From contig OMYT01000014.1 of NCBI GenBank assembly GCA_900315315.1, forward strand, positions 2,656-66,655: 64,000 nt of DNA. Direction: 5' to 3'. This document shows, in pieces, positions 60,126 to 64,000 of this stretch. The first letter of the stretch is position 1; each line of letters opens with the position of its first letter. The notes under the pieces are model-generated. The model saw only the letters and a program-made list of their open reading frames with translations. It was not told where the DNA came from and ran no database searches. This DNA comes from an uncultured Eubacteriales bacterium (lineage in GTDB: Bacteria; Bacillota; Clostridia; Christensenellales; Aristaeellaceae). The position numbers were made by a program, and so were the translations under genes.

Positions 60126-62615
60126 TTATTTCCGCAGATTCCGGTCACAGATCATCGCCGCGCAGATTAGCCGGATCACGCTCTCGTCCAGCTTTGCCTC
60201 GCTCAGGTGCGGCAGCCGTTTCCCTTCCACTGCGTCGATGATCTCCCGGATGTCGCTGTCCTTTCCCGGCATCACCAGGTCGTTCCCCGCCGCGATACAC
60301 TTCGCCGCGTTCGATCCGCCGCCGTTGGTCGTGCTCCAGTCGGTCATGATGTAGCCGCCGAAGTCCCATTCCTCCCGCGCGATCTTTGTACACAGGTCAT
60401 AGTTGTTGGCGGAGTGTACGCCGTTGATCCGGTTATAGCTGGTCATGATCGTCATCGGCCCGGCCGTCTTCACTGCAATCTCAAAGCCCTTCAGGTAGAT
60501 CTCCCGCAGCGTCCGTTCGCTGATGTGCTCGTTCACATGCATCCGGTTGTCTTCCTGGTTGTTGCACGCGAAATGCTTGATGGATACGCCGACGCCCGGT
60601 TCCTTCTGGACGCCCCGCGTCATAGCCGCCGCCATGATCCCGCTGACCAGCGGATCCTCGGAATAATATTCAAAGTTGCGCCCACACAGCGGATTGCGGT
60701 GGATGTTCATTCCCGGCGCCAGCCATACAGCGATGCGGAAGGCGCGCAGTTCGTCCGCCACGGCCTCTCCGACCTCCTGCACCAGGTCCGGGTCAAAGCT
60801 TTGCGCCAGCAGCGTTCCGATCGGAATCGCCGTTGCGATCTGCCATCTCCGCTCCGCCCCTTCGTGCCGGATTTCCTTGCCGAAGAACCGGATCTCCAGC
60901 ATCTCAAACCAGTCCTTCGGCTGGATGATGCTGCCCGTCTCGCCGTCGATCTCATACTCGCGGTTCACCCGCACGCCAGCCGGCCCGTCCGCCAGCACTG
61001 TCCCCGGGATCCCGTAGTTCTCGAATCCGACCGTTTCCCCGGCAGCCCCGGGCACTTTCGTCGCCTGCGATCCGACAATCTCCCCGGCCATGGTACTCCG
61101 CGCGCCGACGACCAGGCAGGCTTTGTCCTTCAGTGTCATCTTTTTCGCGATCTCCGCGGCCTCCCGCACCGTCTCGGCATCCGGCCGGTATCCCGGCGCC
61201 TTTTCCGCCTGCGCTCCGGCCGGTGACTTCGCCGCGTCCGTGATATCGATCTCGCCCGCCGGGAAAACCATTCCCTCCAGATCCATGTCCGGCTTCTCCG
61301 GGCGGATTTCCCTCAGCGCTTCCTTCAGCTCGCATACCGGGCTCAACTGCTCTGCCGCCATCGTCTCTCTCATGCGCAGCCGCGCGGCAGGCTTCACTGC
61401 CAGCGCGTTCTCCCCCGCGAAGATGCCGTATTCGCCCGCCTGCAGGATCCACGCGCTCCGTCCTTCGTCATACGAGTACAGTAGCTTCAGGCTGAAGGAA
61501 AGTTTCAGCGTTTCCGCCTCTCCCGGCTGCAGCACTCCGGTTTTCCCGAAAGCTGTCAGCCGCTTGCGCTCCGTCACCAGTTCGCATGACGGGCATGCTG
61601 CGTACAGCTGGATCACCTGGCGTCCCGCGGTCTTTCCGCTGTTCCGTACCTTCACCGCAACCGTCAGTCCGGTTTTGTCCGCTTCCACGCCGGTGACTTC
61701 GTATTCGAATTCCGTATAACTCAGCCCATAGCCGAAAGGATACCGGGGTATGACCTCAAAGCTGTCGAAATACCGGTACCCCACATAGATACTGTCGGTG
61801 TAGAATTCCTCTTCCAGGTTGCCGTTCCGGTGGCTGAAGGTTTCCGCGGACGGATAGTCCCCGTACTTCCGCGCCCAGGTATCCGTCAGCCTTCCGGAGG
61901 GATTCACCCGCCCGCCCAGGATGTCCGCCGCGGCATTCCCGCCCTCGCTGCCAGCCTGGGACATCAGCAGCAGCGCGTCCACCCGGCATTCATCCAGGAA
62001 GTTCAGGTCGATGATCCCGCCTACGTTCAGCAGCACCGCGAGAGGCTTGCCAAAGCTGCCGAGGATTTCCAGTTCCTTCCTTTCGCGGTCGCTCAGATAA
62101 TAGTCGCCTTTCTCCGCGCGCCGGTCCGCAAATTCTCCCGAAATCCGACTGATCACGTAGATCAGCGCCTCCGCATCCGCTGCATCCTCTGCCGTGATCG
62201 GTATTTCCGGCAATTCCGGCCGAATCGTCGCGTGTGCGTGATACAGTTTCTTCGGGTCCCGGTCGTTCCCGACCTCGGCGTAAACCGCTTCCTTCCATCT
62301 TTTCAGGCTCTCCGCATAGGCTTCGTCATACCTGTCCAGATATACCTTGTTCACGATCCGGTACCCGGCTTCGCGCAGCCCTCCGTCCACCGTCACCGTG
62401 TTGCGGCTGTTCACGTCGCCGCTGCCTGTCCCGCCCTTGATTGTGCGGCGGGCGCCCTGCCCGTACAGGGCAATCTTCGTGCCCGCCTTCAGCGGCAGCA
62501 TGCCCTTGTTCTCCAGGAGCACCATTCCTTCCGCGGCCGCCCTCCGGGCAATCGCGCGCATCTTCACTTCCCGTTCCGTCACCTCAGGCGTCGCCTGCCC
62601 CGGATACCATCTCAT
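60126..62615 (-). CDS. GH3 beta-glucosidase with inverted domain order
   Basis: GMVLLEN and NPSGRL first, then DGPAG, GRNFEYYSEDP, KHF and MTDW. Confidence 0.93.
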   Translation of the reverse strand: MRWYPGQATPEVTEREVKMRAIARRAAAEGMVLLENKGMLPLKAGTKIALYGQGARRTIKGGTGSGDVNSRNTVTVDGGLREAGYRIVNKVYLDRYDEAYAESLKRWKEAVYAEVGNDRDPKKLYHAHATIRPELPEIPITAEDAADAEALIYVISRISGEFADRRAEKGDYYLSDRERKELEILGSFGKPLAVLLNVGGIIDLNFLDECRVDALLLMSQAGSEGGNAAADILGGRVNPSGRLTDTWARKYGDYPSAETFSHRNGNLEEEFYTDSIYVGYRYFDSFEVIPRYPFGYGLSYTEFEYEVTGVEADKTGLTVAVKVRNSGKTAGRQVIQLYAACPSCELVTERKRLTAFGKTGVLQPGEAETLKLSFSLKLLYSYDEGRSAWILQAGEYGIFAGENALAVKPAARLRMRETMAAEQLSPVCELKEALREIRPEKPDMDLEGMVFPAGEIDITDAAKSPAGAQAEKAPGYRPDAETVREAAEIAKKMTLKDKACLVVGARSTMAGEIVGSQATKVPGAAGETVGFENYGIPGTVLADGPAGVRVNREYEIDGETGSIIQPKDWFEMLEIRFFGKEIRHEGAERRWQIATAIPIGTLLAQSFDPDLVQEVGEAVADELRAFRIAVWLAPGMNIHRNPLCGRNFEYYSEDPLVSGIMAAAMTRGVQKEPGVGVSIKHFACNNQEDNRMHVNEHISERTLREIYLKGFEIAVKTAGPMTIMTSYNRINGVHSANNYDLCTKIAREEWDFGGYIMTDWSTTNGGGSNAAKCIAAGNDLVMPGKDSDIREIIDAVEGKRLPHLSEAKLDESVIRLICAAMICDRNLRK

Positions 62616-63064
62616 ACCGTAAACCTCCTCAATATCCCTTTACACCCTTCTTCAATCTGCCTCAGCGCCCCGCGAAAATCCCGGGTATACCATGGATCGT
62701 CAATCTCCATCCCCGGTTCCCCGGCCCAGTTGCGCAGCAGGGAAATCTTCCTGCCCGGATCTCCCCCGTAGATTCTCTTCATGTCATACAGGTTCTCCGT
62801 ATCCATCCCGATCAGAAGGTCATACCGGTCATAGTCCGCCCGGACCGTCTGCCGGGCTGCGTGCGGTTCGCACCGGTAACCCCGTTCCTGAAGGGCCCGT
62901 TTCATCGGCGGATAGATATCGTTACCGATCTCCTCCCGGGTTGCTGCAGCCGAATCAACCTCAATCCCGCTGATCCCTTTCTCCCGGATCATCTGCTTCA
63001 GCACCATTTCTGCCGCCGCGCTTCGACAAATATTGCCGTGGCAGATAAATAAGATTTTGATCAT
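62612..63064 (-). CDS. Low-molecular-weight protein-tyrosine phosphatase
   Basis: FICHGNICRS and DDPWY motifs; GGAGG RBS. Confidence 0.93.
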   Translation of the reverse strand: MIKILFICHGNICRSAAAEMVLKQMIREKGISGIEVDSAAATREEIGNDIYPPMKRALQERGYRCEPHAARQTVRADYDRYDLLIGMDTENLYDMKRIYGGDPGRKISLLRNWAGEPGMEIDDPWYTRDFRGALRQIEEGCKGILRRFTV

Positions 63065-63393
63065 GGGTCTACAATGCCCTCCAATGCCGAGGTTTGCCGC
63101 GTTCTGCGTTCTGGCTAAGACGTCCATTCTTGCCGAAAAACCGGGGTAACTCGGCAAATCGCGGCATATCGCTCCCTTGAATGGTAGTCAAATGGTAGTA
63201 GATATTTGGGGCTCTTACTACCAATTTCATTTGCCGTCATGACATACGAAGGAAAATGAACACATCGCCATGCTTGCTTTGCACAAGCAAAAGTAAATGG
63301 CCCGATCCTTATTTTACCTGCATCCCAGGCGTTTGACAATGGTAAAAGCGAACGTGGAAAGCCAGAAGAAACAGATTAATTGATGCAGCTGCC

Positions 63394-63442
63394 AAAACGA
63401 AAAAGCGGCGCTCCACCATCGCATAGTGAAGCGCCGTTTTTT
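63394..63442. terminator. Bidirectional terminator
   Basis: cggcgct..cac/gtg..agcgccg stem flanked by A and T runs. Confidence 0.7.
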
Positions 63443-63478
63443 GCTATATAATCCAGTTCTTCGAAGACCTCAGCATAA

Positions 63479-63949
63479 TCAGATCATAAGGCATTGGTTT
63501 TTATATTCGCATATCGCTTTTTTGTTGCTCAAGATACTGGTTGAGGCCTGCCACAGACGGTTTTTCAAAGGTGTTGCAGAACAGTTGAGGATCCCAACGA
63601 TATATTTCCCGAAAAGATGAAATATGAACTCTTTCTGTTTGACGTATCCTGCTGCAATATTCGCCACCTTTATGATCGCGATGATGGCAATCCATATATA
63701 GAGCCAAAGCGGAACAGGCAGTACAGGCAATAATTTCATCAGGCATACCACCGCAAACACAATATCCGCAAACGTATCCAGCCTTGAGCCAAACTCGCTA
63801 ACGGTTCCTGTTCTCCTTGCCACAACACCGTCGATCATATCGGAGAGGCCGCCGGCAACGTAAAGCACAAAGAATGCCGGAGACAATGCCGGAAAGAACA
63901 GCAAAGCGACGCTGAGCACGATTCTGATCCCAGTTATGATATTCGCCAT
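63479..63949 (-). pseudogene. CDP-alcohol phosphatidyltransferase, apparently truncated with an unrelated tail
   Basis: ANIITGIR and DMIDG.VAR...SEFGSRLD..AD; membrane-protein character is lost after KQKEF. Confidence 0.65.
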
Positions 63950-64000
63950 TCTACATCGGTGTTCCAACTTCTATCAGATTCCCGTCCGGATCATAAAAGC

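Larger units (their letters stand above)
63034..64000. mobile_element. Probable end of an integrative element abutting the LMW-PTP 5' end; continues beyond the window
   Basis: GC drop, TGGTAGT direct and inverted repeats at 63181-63223, fragmented cargo genes. Confidence 0.5.

Noticed and set aside
60126-62615. Inverted GH3 domain order as a novelty
   Set aside because: Already described for beta-glucosidases of rumen Firmicutes.

Overview
A GC-rich chromosomal segment of an anaerobic Firmicute (Clostridia-like, probably gut/rumen; inferred from gene content only). Most genes are on the minus strand. Left to right: (1) a surface-glycan-type operon of kdsB-like cytidylyltransferase, PIG-L/GNAT fusion, stand-alone adenylation enzyme, and a sialyl/Kdo-transferase-like ORF that runs off the left edge and is missing from the ORF track; (2) an AT-richer mobile remnant with a RelE/HigB-HTH toxin-antitoxin pair; (3) a sulfur block: metY-ABC-GDSL-Rrf2 operon and iscS-iscU-ycaQ; (4) housekeeping and carbohydrate genes (pepV, GGDEF, glgB, GH127, guaD, iorAB-paaK, cstA, GH36); (5) a Moco biosynthesis operon; (6) a STAS-HD-MscS-mobA-ABC operon; (7) gdhA, cotH, a second amino-acid ABC system, ohrR-trxA-trxB, HAD, DUF4037/TPR, GH3 and LMW-PTP; (8) the probable end of an integrative element. 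The most notable non-annotated signals are a Cys-Cys leader-peptide attenuator upstream of metY, a 25-bp operator shared by the metY and iscS promoters, and a covarying stem-loop repeat family located at stop codons. No rRNA, tRNA or CRISPR array was seen. All calls come from motif reading by eye; no searches were run.
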